Origin: a virus
Direction: 5' to 3' (one strand)
DNA: 64,000 nt
IMG/VR virus record: IMGVR_UViG_3300026484_000053
Span: 96,001 to 160,000 of that record
Position numbers and translations under genes: made by a program. This document shows positions 29,469-38,913 of this stretch, piece after piece; the stretch's first letter is position 1, and the number at the start of each line of letters is the position of its first letter. A model generated the notes under the pieces. The model saw only the letters and a list, made by a program, of their open reading frames with translations, had not been told where the DNA came from and did not search any database.

Positions 29469-30149
29469 ATGAAAACACTTAGAGAAATACTACATGAGCG
29501 TAGAGAAGAAATAAAAGATTTAAGCGAAGTAGATAGACTAAGAGCATTAGCTGAAGCTCCTGTACATATGCATGGAAATGCTCCATTCGAGGAGGTTAGT
29601 TTTACAAAACTAATGGATGTAAGTAATAAAATTATGGACAACGACTTTAGCTTAATATCTAAAGACTTCATTACAGTAAATGATGGTAAATTATCATTAT
29701 ATAAAGCGAACTATGGAGAATATTTTAGACTTGGTACATATCACAAAGACACAGAAGAAAAAAGTAGATTTGCTGTTATATTTTCATTAGTATTTAAAAA
29801 AGAGAAGTTCAAATCTAACCAAAAACAATTAAAAAACAAAAATACTGTTATTATAGAAACTGTTCATACAGCTAAAGAGTTTAGAGGTAATAAAATTACT
29901 ACTAAAGTATATGAACTTATTATGAAAGAAAATCAAATAATGTCAGATAGCATACAATATGACGGTGCAGTAAACTTATGGAAGAACTTTATAGCAGACA
30001 AAAACATGGTAGTATGGATATATGATTCTCTAGAAGATAAGATAATTTCTAAAGCAACACCTAAAACAGATATATCTTCTATTTGGAGTAACGGAGATGA
30101 AAGAAATTATAGCAAAATAAGAATTAGACTAATAGCTCAATATCTGTAG
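29469..30149 (+). CDS. GNAT-fold acetyltransferase-like protein
   Basis: IETVHTAKEFRGNKITTKVYE (motif A-like) and SDSIQYDGAVNLWKNF; start at 29469 has an AAGG RBS. Confidence 0.6.
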   Translation: MKTLREILHERREEIKDLSEVDRLRALAEAPVHMHGNAPFEEVSFTKLMDVSNKIMDNDFSLISKDFITVNDGKLSLYKANYGEYFRLGTYHKDTEEKSRFAVIFSLVFKKEKFKSNQKQLKNKNTVIIETVHTAKEFRGNKITTKVYELIMKENQIMSDSIQYDGAVNLWKNFIADKNMVVWIYDSLEDKIISKATPKTDISSIWSNGDERNYSKIRIRLIAQYL

Positions 30150-30187
30150 CGTTATATGTAGCGTTATATGTGCGTTATGTGCGTTAT
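30146..30187. repeat. short tandem repeats
   Basis: GTAGCGTTATAT x2 then GTGCGTTAT x2. Confidence 0.9.
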
Positions 30188-30191
30188 GATG

Positions 30192-30199
30192 TATAAATA
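30192..30199 (+). promoter_or_regulatory. T4-type late promoter
   Basis: Exact TATAAATA with no substantial ORF downstream. Confidence 0.6.
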
Positions 30200-30412
30200 G
30201 TATTCACTTGTTTAACTAGCAAGCGGTTATCTGCAACTGAATCGTAGAAGGGAGATGCTTAGCAGCATAACACCAAAGATTATCCTTGGGATATTATAAA
30301 CTAGCTAGTACGTATTAGTTATGCGTACGCCTTTATTAACATTCACTGTTGCAATTCGCAGCGTTACACTTCGTAAAAGTATTACACCCAGCAGCTCTAA
30401 AGATATAAACTT
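30200..30412 (+). ncRNA. candidate structured non-coding RNA
   Basis: Follows a late promoter; no long ORF; several short stems; about 38% GC by hand count. Confidence 0.35.
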
Positions 30413-30420
30413 ATGAATAC

Positions 30421-30470
30421 TGCATATACTCCATATAGTGCATATACTCCATATAATGCATATAGTGCAC
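30421..30470. repeat. 18-bp tandem repeat
   Basis: TGCATATACTCCATATA(G/A) x2 plus partial copies. Confidence 0.85.
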
Positions 30471-30480
30471 TACACTATAT

Positions 30481-30488
30481 TATAAATA
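30481..30488 (+). promoter_or_regulatory. T4-type late promoter for gp2
   Basis: TATAAATA followed 5 nt later by ATG 30494. Confidence 0.75.
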
Positions 30489-30493
30489 ATTAT

Positions 30494-31036
30494 ATGAAAA
30501 AGATATCTAAAAACAAATTAACACCACAAGAACAAGAAGCAGAAATAATGATTAAAGATCTTATTAAAAAGCCAAAGTTATTAAAAGCTTCTGACTTTGC
30601 TGTTGGAAATATAGTTATGTATAGTTATACAGCTAAAACAGTTAATATATACGACACAACGCCTCTTTCTTTTATTCTAGGTAAAACTCAGAAACACATT
30701 TATGGTATAAACATTAACTGGATTCCACCAGCACTAAGAAAGGGTATCATGAAAATGATATTTGACAGTGCTAAGAATAAGAAAAATGTTAAACAAGGTA
30801 AACCTATTGAAGTACCTAAAATGCTTGTTAAAAAGATATTTAGAATGGGAGTTCCTGCATTTAGAAAATACATTAAAAAGAGAGTATCGAAAAGAGGTAT
30901 TGTTATTCCGCATCATATGTATAACAAAGTTACAGATTTAAGATCTGAAAATTTTACTGGAATATCATCTCAAGATGCATGGAAAATAGCAGTAAGTAAG
31001 CTTAAAAAGAATAAAAGAAAGGTATCTAGGAAGTAG
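30494..31036 (+). CDS. gp2: DNA end protector gp2-like
   Basis: GNIVMYSYTAK...YDTTPLSFI...GININWIPP..R; the listed N-terminal 27 aa derive from the tandem repeat. Confidence 0.75.
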   Translation: MKKISKNKLTPQEQEAEIMIKDLIKKPKLLKASDFAVGNIVMYSYTAKTVNIYDTTPLSFILGKTQKHIYGININWIPPALRKGIMKMIFDSAKNKKNVKQGKPIEVPKMLVKKIFRMGVPAFRKYIKKRVSKRGIVIPHHMYNKVTDLRSENFTGISSQDAWKIAVSKLKKNKRKVSRK

Positions 31037-31038
31037 CG

Positions 31039-31581
31039 CTAGATCCAATACTGTGTGAATTCATGCTTTATATTAGCTTCGCTATAAGGATATATTTCGC
31101 CTTTATCTAACACATATAATTCAAGATTTTCGTTTATAAAAATATTAAAATATTTGTCCTTATTTCTAGCTACTCCGAAAGCACTATTATGAAACCTTGA
31201 AGATTCGAATACAGCTTTAAGATGTAACGCATCGTTTTCACCGTCTACGCCTTTAAAAGCTTTAGCAATTTTTAATATATCACTTAACATAACTGTATTG
31301 ACTTTATACTTAATGTTAAATAAAGTCCTAGCTCTACTACATTTCTTAATAACTTCTTTTACAAACACTTCATCTACTTCTTTAGCATACGCATCGTTTA
31401 AAACTACGCCAAATATTTTAGATTTTTTCTTAAGTTCTAATTCTTCTCGCATACCATTTATTTGTTCATTCATTTGTAAGTTTTGTAATTCGAAATACGT
31501 AATCTCATTTTTTAGATTCGCTTTATTAATTCTTTGCTTCGTTAATAAAGTGTTAAGGTTAATAATCGTTGCGTCCTTCAT
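31039..31581 (-). CDS. hypothetical protein (may extend to 31682 via a frameshift)
   Basis: 180-aa ORF with an N-terminal coiled coil. Confidence 0.6.
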   Translation of the reverse strand: MKDATIINLNTLLTKQRINKANLKNEITYFELQNLQMNEQINGMREELELKKKSKIFGVVLNDAYAKEVDEVFVKEVIKKCSRARTLFNIKYKVNTVMLSDILKIAKAFKGVDGENDALHLKAVFESSRFHNSAFGVARNKDKYFNIFINENLELYVLDKGEIYPYSEANIKHEFTQYWI

Positions 31582-31684
31582 AGCATTATTAACCTTTAAA
31601 CCTTCTAATAAAGAAGAGGCATGTATTTCATTAGCCCAACAACCTTTACTTATTTTTCTACATACTCTTTTAAAAAATTCATAA

Positions 31685-31969
31685 TTAGCAAGCGCAACTT
31701 GTTTGTACTTGTGAAATAAATTCTGCTGTTTTTTTATCTTTAACGTCTAGCATTATACCTTTAAGATTAAGTGCAGGTATTAATCCATTTTTAATAGATA
31801 TCGTCTTAGGTATAGATCCGTTTAACGAATAATGCACCGTCTTTTTAAGCATCATTTCTATATTTGTCATAACAGAAGTATCGTTGTCAAGTTTTAATAC
31901 TATCCATCCACCTCCAGTCTTTATTGCACTTTTTTCATGTAATTCCACGTATTCTTTAAATGTTATCAT
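31685..31969 (-). CDS. small hypothetical protein, possible internal head protein
   Basis: GGAG RBS; N-terminus MITFKEYVELHE resembles the T4 capsid-targeting sequence. Confidence 0.6.
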   Translation of the reverse strand: MITFKEYVELHEKSAIKTGGGWIVLKLDNDTSVMTNIEMMLKKTVHYSLNGSIPKTISIKNGLIPALNLKGIMLDVKDKKTAEFISQVQTSCAC

Positions 31970-31981
31970 TTAGTAACTCCC

Positions 31982-32329
31982 TTATATTTTTAATAAATGT
32001 CGTATTTGCTGACTAAGTTCTAATCTCAATTCACGTATTGCAGCGTCCATTCTAGCTATCTTTTTCTCAAGATACTCATTCTCTGCAGTTAAAGATTTAG
32101 TTTTTACCTTATTCTTTTCTCTAACTATTATTTTAATTTCCTCTTCATTGTCTCTTATTAAAGAATTAATTGTTATTTCAAAATTCTTAAGCTGTTTTTC
32201 ATAATGTTTACTCATTGTAATTGCTCTGTTTAAGTCTTTGTATGTTTCTTCATTAGACCATTTCTGAAGCATTTTGTTTAGCCATTTCCATTCGAATAAG
32301 CATAACCTGTTCTTAATTTTTTCTTTCAA
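31982..32329 (-). CDS. hypothetical coiled-coil protein
   Basis: TTG start with GGAG RBS. Confidence 0.55.
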   Translation of the reverse strand: MKEKIKNRLCLFEWKWLNKMLQKWSNEETYKDLNRAITMSKHYEKQLKNFEITINSLIRDNEEEIKIIVREKNKVKTKSLTAENEYLEKKIARMDAAIRELRLELSQQIRHLLKI

Positions 32330-32413
32330 TTTAATCTCCGTTTTAGTTTATTTATCACTTTATGTATCTGTCTATGTATCTGTTTATGTAGCTTATAATT
32401 AGATTAAGCACTA

Positions 32414-32788
32414 TTATAAAGAACCTAGTATAGCATAAGCTAGTTGTTTTAACGCAGCGTCATCATAGTTAACCATCGACATTAGCTGATCAGTTTGTTC
32501 TTGCGTAAGACTAGCTGTATTAACGTAACCAGAAAGTATAAATTTACCTCTAAATGTCTTTGTTCCATCACTCATTTCATACAAACAACTAATCATATCT
32601 GTTCTGTCATCAGTTATGTTAACAGTGTCAAATTTAAATAATCCAGGTATGTTATCACTCTCTGTACAAGCGTCTGTGTCAAGAGTAAGCAGATCGTCAG
32701 TATCCATGTTTATTATCTTTATAGTAACGTCGCCGCCAGTTGGTAAGTTACCAGCTAATATAGTATTCTCGTCTTTAGTATATCTCAT
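32414..32788 (-). CDS. putative virion structural protein
   Basis: AGGAG RBS; ESDNIPGLFKFD adaptor-like motif shared with ORFs ending at 38914 and 39596. Confidence 0.6.
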   Translation of the reverse strand: MRYTKDENTILAGNLPTGGDVTIKIINMDTDDLLTLDTDACTESDNIPGLFKFDTVNITDDRTDMISCLYEMSDGTKTFRGKFILSGYVNTASLTQEQTDQLMSMVNYDDAALKQLAYAILGSL

Positions 32789-32800
32789 ATTGTTCTCCTT

Positions 32801-34009
32801 TTATTCCCAATCGAAGTAAGCACATTGTTCAGATGAACAATCTCCGGATTCGATTTCTATTATTTTTTCTTCTATTTCACTTGATAAGCCTTGTTCATCA
32901 AACGCTTGCAATAATAATTTAAATTTGCCGCTAGTATTAAACTTTATTGAATTATCTAAGTCAGTAGTTTGTTTAGTATCTAGGTGTATCCATGATTCTT
33001 CTGTGTTATCTCCTATAATATAATTCTTATCTACGTATACAGAAAGAGTAATATAGTCTAAGTGATCTTCTGGATCTACAGCGTTAGATTCTATTAACCA
33101 TGTTTGCGAACCGTCAGATTCATCAGTAAGAGTAGTAAGCATGTCTGTTGTAGGAGGTTGATTCTCTATCTCTATAGGTAATATTGTGTCGAAAGTAAGA
33201 TCTTCAAATCCATCATTCCATTCTGTAGTAACTTTAAAATAATAAGTACCTAAATCACTAAATTGATGTGTAAGCGTATCTGTCTCAACGTCGTCTATAT
33301 ACCAAGTTTGAGACGTTATTCTACTATCTGGATCCGTGTTCTCTATATCTACTACAGTGTCTTCATTAATTACAGGCTTTACAGGATCGTTAGTTAAGTC
33401 TACTGGTGGCTGTATATAACGTATTCTAATTGTCTTTGTAACTTCAGTTACTAATCCACATAAGTTAGTAACTTTTAATTTAATATCATAATCTCCAATG
33501 TCTGTAAACGTATGAGTAGTAATAGTATCGTAACCGTCTTCGAAATCGTATTCTATAGTGTCTATACCTACATTTGTACATAACGTAGCGCCATACCATT
33601 CTGCTCTATGGTAGTGAGTAGTGCCTTCATAATCCCATTGATATTCATCACTACTACTTTGATTAGCGCTTAACTCTTTATCTTTCCATCCATCGTTTAT
33701 AAATAACGTAGCACTAGGTGCCTGACATTCAAGTAACTGCATAGGTTGAGTATAACTGTCACTTCCATCTGATGTTATTTTAACTACGCAGCATTGCGTA
33801 TCCGTCCAACAATGAAGCAGTATAGTATCTCCATCAGCAAACACTACTCCTTGACCATCCCAGTCAGCGTCTTCTGAATCGAAGCTGACTTGTTGGTTTT
33901 CTGTTGCATGGTCATCGCTTGTATTACCGGTTTCGTAATGGAAACCATTATAATCACAATCTAACGCTACCTCGTCCTTGTCTACTATATCACTAACAAA
34001 ACTAGACAT
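32801..34009 (-). CDS. PKD/Ig-domain protein
   Basis: THTFTDIGDYDIKLKVTN, THQFSDLGTYYFKVT and FNTSGKFKLLLQAFD PKD-like strands. Confidence 0.75.
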   Translation of the reverse strand: MSSFVSDIVDKDEVALDCDYNGFHYETGNTSDDHATENQQVSFDSEDADWDGQGVVFADGDTILLHCWTDTQCCVVKITSDGSDSYTQPMQLLECQAPSATLFINDGWKDKELSANQSSSDEYQWDYEGTTHYHRAEWYGATLCTNVGIDTIEYDFEDGYDTITTHTFTDIGDYDIKLKVTNLCGLVTEVTKTIRIRYIQPPVDLTNDPVKPVINEDTVVDIENTDPDSRITSQTWYIDDVETDTLTHQFSDLGTYYFKVTTEWNDGFEDLTFDTILPIEIENQPPTTDMLTTLTDESDGSQTWLIESNAVDPEDHLDYITLSVYVDKNYIIGDNTEESWIHLDTKQTTDLDNSIKFNTSGKFKLLLQAFDEQGLSSEIEEKIIEIESGDCSSEQCAYFDWE

Positions 34010-34103
34010 TATAAGTCCTGTCTAAACCAATAAGTACTAATAACACTATTAAAGTGCTGCCTATGTTTAATGCCATCATTTTCAAAAATATTAAAAAACT
34101 CAT
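34002..34103 (-). CDS. 33-aa single-pass membrane peptide (not in the ORF track)
   Basis: AGGAG RBS; MSFLIFLKMMALNIGSTLIVLLVLIGLDRTYNV; fills the gap between two PKD genes. Confidence 0.6.
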   Translation of the reverse strand: MSFLIFLKMMALNIGSTLIVLLVLIGLDRTYNV

Positions 34104-34111
34104 CTTATCTC

Positions 34112-35377
34112 CTATTCTCCATCTGCGAAGTCCCATGGTACTTCTATTGTACCATCGAATTCTTTAGTCTTAACGTAGAACGCTGTAATTTCTTTAGCGT
34201 CGCCATCTATCTGCATTAATTCGAAGTTCGTGCTACTATCTGGGTTAGTAAGATCAGGTACAAATACTTGGAATTTCTTTTCAGAAACGTCACTACTTGG
34301 GTATGATTTAACTAATTCTATAACAGTACTAGCATCATCTCCTATAATCTCAGCTACTTTATCTAAGAAGTATTCTTTAACTTTTAATCCAGGTACAGGT
34401 ATAGCAACCATTTGGAATCGGTTAGGTTGAAGTATAATAGTACCAGCTCCTCCACCTTCTGCACCTGATCCACAAACATCGAATGTAATAGTAAAGTCTT
34501 CTGTTTTTTCATGCCAGTCGTCTTCATCATCAGTAGTTCTAAGAACTAATCTATAATCTCCCTCGTATTGGAATGGATATTCATATGTTATTTCTGTACC
34601 ACTATCTATTTCTTCCCAAGTATCGTCTGTATCATCGTCTGGAGTGTCGTTGTCATCTTTTTTATATAATTTCCAAGTATAAGTTAATTCGTCTATCGCA
34701 TCATCTGTATCAGTACTTGTAGCTGTCCACTTATACGCAGGTATACATACACCTGCATCTTCTCTCGTGCTATCACTAACAGGTGGTATATTACTCATAT
34801 TCATTATTTTAGTCACGTCTGCATTCTGGGTTTGCCAACCATCCCAGTATTCTACTTTTAAGTGAAGTTCAATGCCGTCTTCTTTAGTTTCAAAAACGTG
34901 ACTAAACGTACTATCGTCTTCAACATCTACTACTTCATCAGTACCGTCTTTATAGTAATCTACATCTACTCTGTCTATTCTACCGTATTGTTTTGGTATC
35001 GTGTCGTCTCTAATATCATCGTGTTCTTGCGTAAATTCGACAGTATCTAGAACAGTTGGAGCTGCTGGAGTCCAACTAAAATCCAATACAGGTGTTTCAT
35101 ATACAAGAGCTTCTACATCTAAGTTTGTCTCGTGTTGGTATATATTATCCCATCCATCATTAAAATCTACTTCTGTATGTATGTGTTTAGCACCAGAACT
35201 TTCGTATATTTTATTTTGCGTATCTGTATTTACTTCATCTGTTAACGTAGTATCGTTATTAGAACCATCTAAAAGAGTATCTTCTATTAACCAATCAAGA
35301 GTATCTATTTGCACAGCTGTGTTGTCGTCTTGAACGTTCCAAGTATATCGTACCGTTTCTCTACCGTATATTGCCAT
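34112..35377 (-). CDS. PKD-domain protein with a conserved C-terminal NFxLMQxD domain
   Basis: FSWTPAAPTVLDTVEFT and YPFQYEGDYRLVLRTTD PKD motifs. Confidence 0.75.
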   Translation of the reverse strand: MAIYGRETVRYTWNVQDDNTAVQIDTLDWLIEDTLLDGSNNDTTLTDEVNTDTQNKIYESSGAKHIHTEVDFNDGWDNIYQHETNLDVEALVYETPVLDFSWTPAAPTVLDTVEFTQEHDDIRDDTIPKQYGRIDRVDVDYYKDGTDEVVDVEDDSTFSHVFETKEDGIELHLKVEYWDGWQTQNADVTKIMNMSNIPPVSDSTREDAGVCIPAYKWTATSTDTDDAIDELTYTWKLYKKDDNDTPDDDTDDTWEEIDSGTEITYEYPFQYEGDYRLVLRTTDDEDDWHEKTEDFTITFDVCGSGAEGGGAGTIILQPNRFQMVAIPVPGLKVKEYFLDKVAEIIGDDASTVIELVKSYPSSDVSEKKFQVFVPDLTNPDSSTNFELMQIDGDAKEITAFYVKTKEFDGTIEVPWDFADGE

Positions 35378-37902
35378 TAGTGTGTGTACCCCTCTACATT
35401 AGTCTCATAAGTTATAGCTGAGCTGAGCTCAAATGGCGTTGCTTCAAAATCTCTATCTGTTTCATAGTAAACTACTCCACCATTACCAGATGTATTGTCT
35501 TCTCCAATCGTAGCGTCATCAGTATCATCTCTCCAACCGGTATCTATTCTAACTTGTAAATGAACATTTTTATTCAGGTTAGACGACGTAGCGCCATCTA
35601 TAGCTGTGTAAGGTTTTCTACTTGGTGTCTGCCAAGTAAACGCTTGATCTGCTCTTACTTGTTCATCATCTCTAATTGTAATTACGTCGTTATCAGTACC
35701 GAACTCAACGTCATTAAAAGTCCACTTTTCGTCTAGCTCTCTAGACGTATCTCCTGTACTATCATTTGTATAGAGTACTTCCATCTTACCAATTGTTTCA
35801 GTATTATTAGCTATAACAGGCGTAAGTAAATAATCCATTTTTGTCACTACTTTAGTTAAATGCACTTCTCTCTCGCAATAACCGTCATCGTAGTAATAAG
35901 TCATTGTAACGTTTTCATCAGTATTATCTTGGAACTTATGAGTAGGTTGTAAATCCTTATCTGTATCGTGAGATATAGTTTGTGTATTATCAACTATATC
36001 GTTACCGTAATCTGAGCTGTCAGGATTCCATTTATTATAATGATCTTCTATAGTCCAACTATAAGATCTAAATCTGTTATCGTCATCAGTACTTTCGTTA
36101 GTAAATGTAACTACCTGCGTTCTATCAGTAGGAGTAATGTCCCAAGAGAATTTAGCTTCTAATCCTTCGTACACTATTGGAGTTAACGTATGAGATATTC
36201 TTTTAGTTTGCATCTGATATCCATCATCGTATCGTATAGTTAATTCTACTGTATGCTCGTCTGTGTTTTGGTAATTATGCGACAATAAAGTATCTTTATC
36301 AAGGTCAAGATTAGTTTCGGAGTTATCTGTATCTGCTCCTGGGTTTGGGTTGTCTAGATTGCATGCCTTATATTCGTCATCCGTACTCCAGTCTATTGTA
36401 TATCCTATATCAAAACCATCTTGGGAATATTCAGAACTTGTGTTAGTACAGTCTACTTGTACTGCTCTACCTTGTGGAGCAACGTCGCTAATAGTAAATG
36501 AAGGCGTTACGTCATATTTTACAGGTGTAACTGTGTGAGTAATTGTATCTGTAACGTCTTTCCATCCATCACTGTAAGTTATTACTACAGTAACTTGTTT
36601 AGTATCTAATGAATGAAATTTAACAACTGGTTTTTCTGTATCGCCTATATCATAAGCATTATCTACTGATTGTGTATTATCTGAACTTCCTTCATCGAAT
36701 AAACTAGTTTCGTCTACGTCGAATGTATATAAGTCAGTATCTGGTGCTGGATAGTTATCTTCCATAGTCCAATCATATCTAGATATTTTATCTGTATCTC
36801 CTGAAGTATTAGCAGGATCAAACGTTACGTCTTGGTTTCTATTTCTAGGTTCTGCATCCCATGTGAACTCAGGAACTATAGTAAAAGGATAGATATCTAT
36901 ATATTGTACATCTTGAACTTCTAGGTCGTCAAATCCGTCATTCCAATAACATATAAGAGTTATCTTCTTAGTACCTTCACTCTGGAAAGCATGAGTTGGT
37001 TCGTCAGCGTATTCAGCATCTATGGTTTGAGTATTGTCACTTCCATCTTGGTTTTCATCTTCAATTATCCACTTGTAGTAATAAGGATCACTAAGTCTAT
37101 CATCTAAACAAGTCGTATCGTTATGGAAAGTTATTAGCTCTTGACCTTTTATTTTACTTCCATCCCAGTCATTAGTTTCTGTTGGTGTCCAACTAAAATC
37201 CATTATAGGTTCGTTATACTTTATAGTTATATCTTTACTTACTTCTGTAAATGTATCCCATTTTTCCTTAACTCTCATCTTAAGAGTATAATTTCCACTA
37301 GCTAAAAACGAATACGAATCGTTAGTGTTGTTAGTAATTTCTCTATCTTCTATTTCGTGCCATGTGTATGTAGTATCTATTAGTTGATGACCATCAAACA
37401 TTGCTACGTTATCATATGTTAGTTTTTGACTTGTGTCTTCTCCATAGTCATGCTCTAACCAAGATGTATTTGTATAACTATCTTCTGTCATAGTATAATT
37501 ATGCTGAGTAAGAGTTGCGTCTGGAAATGAGTAAGAGTCTATAATAGGTACTCTTTTAGGTTCCATTGTTATGTTTATTTCTAGGTCATCATCATTAGGT
37601 ATAACGTGTTGATGAAATACAGCGTCTGTTAAGTCAAGAGAGTCTATATTTTCTCCACCGCCTAACATATACGCTGTGTAGAATTTATCAGATGTTTTCT
37701 TGTAAATTCCTTCAGAACCAAGGATATTATCATCTTCACATGAGTAAGTGTAATATCCATTAGCATCTGAAGTGTATTTCTCTGTACTCCATCTACTATC
37801 GTCTGATCCACTATCCACTTTCTGGAAATACGGTAAAACTGTAACGCCGTCAAGTTTGTTTCCAGCTTCGTCTTTTATAACGCCGTATACTGAGTATCCC
37901 AT
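35377..37902 (-). CDS. large multi-PKD repeat protein with an N-terminal CarboxypepD-like domain
   Basis: About six ~95-aa repeats (F[ST]W...V.F.N...W.IED.Y....DN.Q....P.HKF......V..YxDG[WF]). Confidence 0.8.
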   Translation of the reverse strand: MGYSVYGVIKDEAGNKLDGVTVLPYFQKVDSGSDDSRWSTEKYTSDANGYYTYSCEDDNILGSEGIYKKTSDKFYTAYMLGGGENIDSLDLTDAVFHQHVIPNDDDLEINITMEPKRVPIIDSYSFPDATLTQHNYTMTEDSYTNTSWLEHDYGEDTSQKLTYDNVAMFDGHQLIDTTYTWHEIEDREITNNTNDSYSFLASGNYTLKMRVKEKWDTFTEVSKDITIKYNEPIMDFSWTPTETNDWDGSKIKGQELITFHNDTTCLDDRLSDPYYYKWIIEDENQDGSDNTQTIDAEYADEPTHAFQSEGTKKITLICYWNDGFDDLEVQDVQYIDIYPFTIVPEFTWDAEPRNRNQDVTFDPANTSGDTDKISRYDWTMEDNYPAPDTDLYTFDVDETSLFDEGSSDNTQSVDNAYDIGDTEKPVVKFHSLDTKQVTVVITYSDGWKDVTDTITHTVTPVKYDVTPSFTISDVAPQGRAVQVDCTNTSSEYSQDGFDIGYTIDWSTDDEYKACNLDNPNPGADTDNSETNLDLDKDTLLSHNYQNTDEHTVELTIRYDDGYQMQTKRISHTLTPIVYEGLEAKFSWDITPTDRTQVVTFTNESTDDDNRFRSYSWTIEDHYNKWNPDSSDYGNDIVDNTQTISHDTDKDLQPTHKFQDNTDENVTMTYYYDDGYCEREVHLTKVVTKMDYLLTPVIANNTETIGKMEVLYTNDSTGDTSRELDEKWTFNDVEFGTDNDVITIRDDEQVRADQAFTWQTPSRKPYTAIDGATSSNLNKNVHLQVRIDTGWRDDTDDATIGEDNTSGNGGVVYYETDRDFEATPFELSSAITYETNVEGYTH

Positions 37903-37924
37903 ATATTCCTCCTTGTTTTTATTT

Positions 37925-37932
37925 TATTTATA
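37925..37932 (-). promoter_or_regulatory. T4-type late promoter
   Basis: Exact TATAAATA upstream of 37902. Confidence 0.75.
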
Positions 37933-37940
37933 AAGACTAG

Positions 37941-38825
37941 TTATATTTCTCTAAAAGGTATTATAGCTCCATCTGTGTTGTTTATAGTTTCTAAAGATTG
38001 CAGCAATAACATACTAACACCTTTAACTACTAAGTTATCATCTTCATCTGTTTGCATTAATGAAAAGTTAGCATCATTATCATCTGGTGTTTTATAAGGC
38101 TTATAATACCTAATTTTACCAGCATTTTCTTCGTAAGATCTAATGTACTTTATATAGTTACCTATCCAATTATCATCGTCTTTATCGTCCCAGACAAGAT
38201 TATACTTAAAACAAACAGCTTTAGCAAGATCTGATGCTTTAGCTTCTATCGTGTCGTCATTAATCCATTTTCCTTGATCTAAGTCAAAATAACTATATCT
38301 TTCACCTAGGAAACCAAACATATTAAATCCAAGATTCTGAAATATCTTGTCTGCTGTTATTCCACCTTCTCCACCAGAATTAGATGCTACTAAATAAGGT
38401 ACGACAAGTGTTTTAATTAGTCCGTCATTTAAGTCAAAATAACTTGGATCTAGACTTACTGGTTCAACGTAATAAAAACCTTCGCCAATTTGTGTCATAG
38501 TACCACTGTCTAACTCTTCTCCGTCTAAGTCAAATTGTTTGTATGGATTATCTTGGTCTAATACTGATGTGTAAGCAATTACTAATACTTCAGGATCTCC
38601 GACTCTTAATATACTAGACACATCGCTTTGTTTAGCTAGTATAAAGCAATCTGTACTTGGAGTACTTATTGTAGCACTATAGTAATCACCTATAGCACTT
38701 GGGGTAACAGTGTCTTTAGTTCCTAATCCGTCAGCTAAAGTAAATGTCCAGAAGTCAACGTCTGCTGAATCCTTTGAAATTATCTTAAATGATGAATCTG
38801 TAGCTCTAAAATTAGTATGTCTCAT
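37941..38825 (-). CDS. putative structural protein with a C-terminal NFxLMQxD domain
   Basis: 294-aa acidic ORF; paralogous C-terminus with 34112..35377. Confidence 0.65.
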   Translation of the reverse strand: MRHTNFRATDSSFKIISKDSADVDFWTFTLADGLGTKDTVTPSAIGDYYSATISTPSTDCFILAKQSDVSSILRVGDPEVLVIAYTSVLDQDNPYKQFDLDGEELDSGTMTQIGEGFYYVEPVSLDPSYFDLNDGLIKTLVVPYLVASNSGGEGGITADKIFQNLGFNMFGFLGERYSYFDLDQGKWINDDTIEAKASDLAKAVCFKYNLVWDDKDDDNWIGNYIKYIRSYEENAGKIRYYKPYKTPDDNDANFSLMQTDEDDNLVVKGVSMLLLQSLETINNTDGAIIPFREI

Positions 38826-38853
38826 GATATGTCTTTGATTTTTATTTGTATAG

Positions 38854-38877
38854 AAAACGTACGGCGTAAACCGTACG
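38854..38877 (-). terminator. intrinsic terminator
   Basis: Minus strand CGTACGG-TTTACG-CCGTACG-TTTT. Confidence 0.75.
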
Positions 38878-38913
38878 CAAGTGCGTAAGCCAATAAAGAC
38901 TTACAAGTGTCAA

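Noticed and set aside
30340-30412. Group I intron-like words (AATTCGCAGC, AAGATATA)
   Set aside because: No R element (GACTA) or P7 pairing in the right order, and the region does not interrupt a gene
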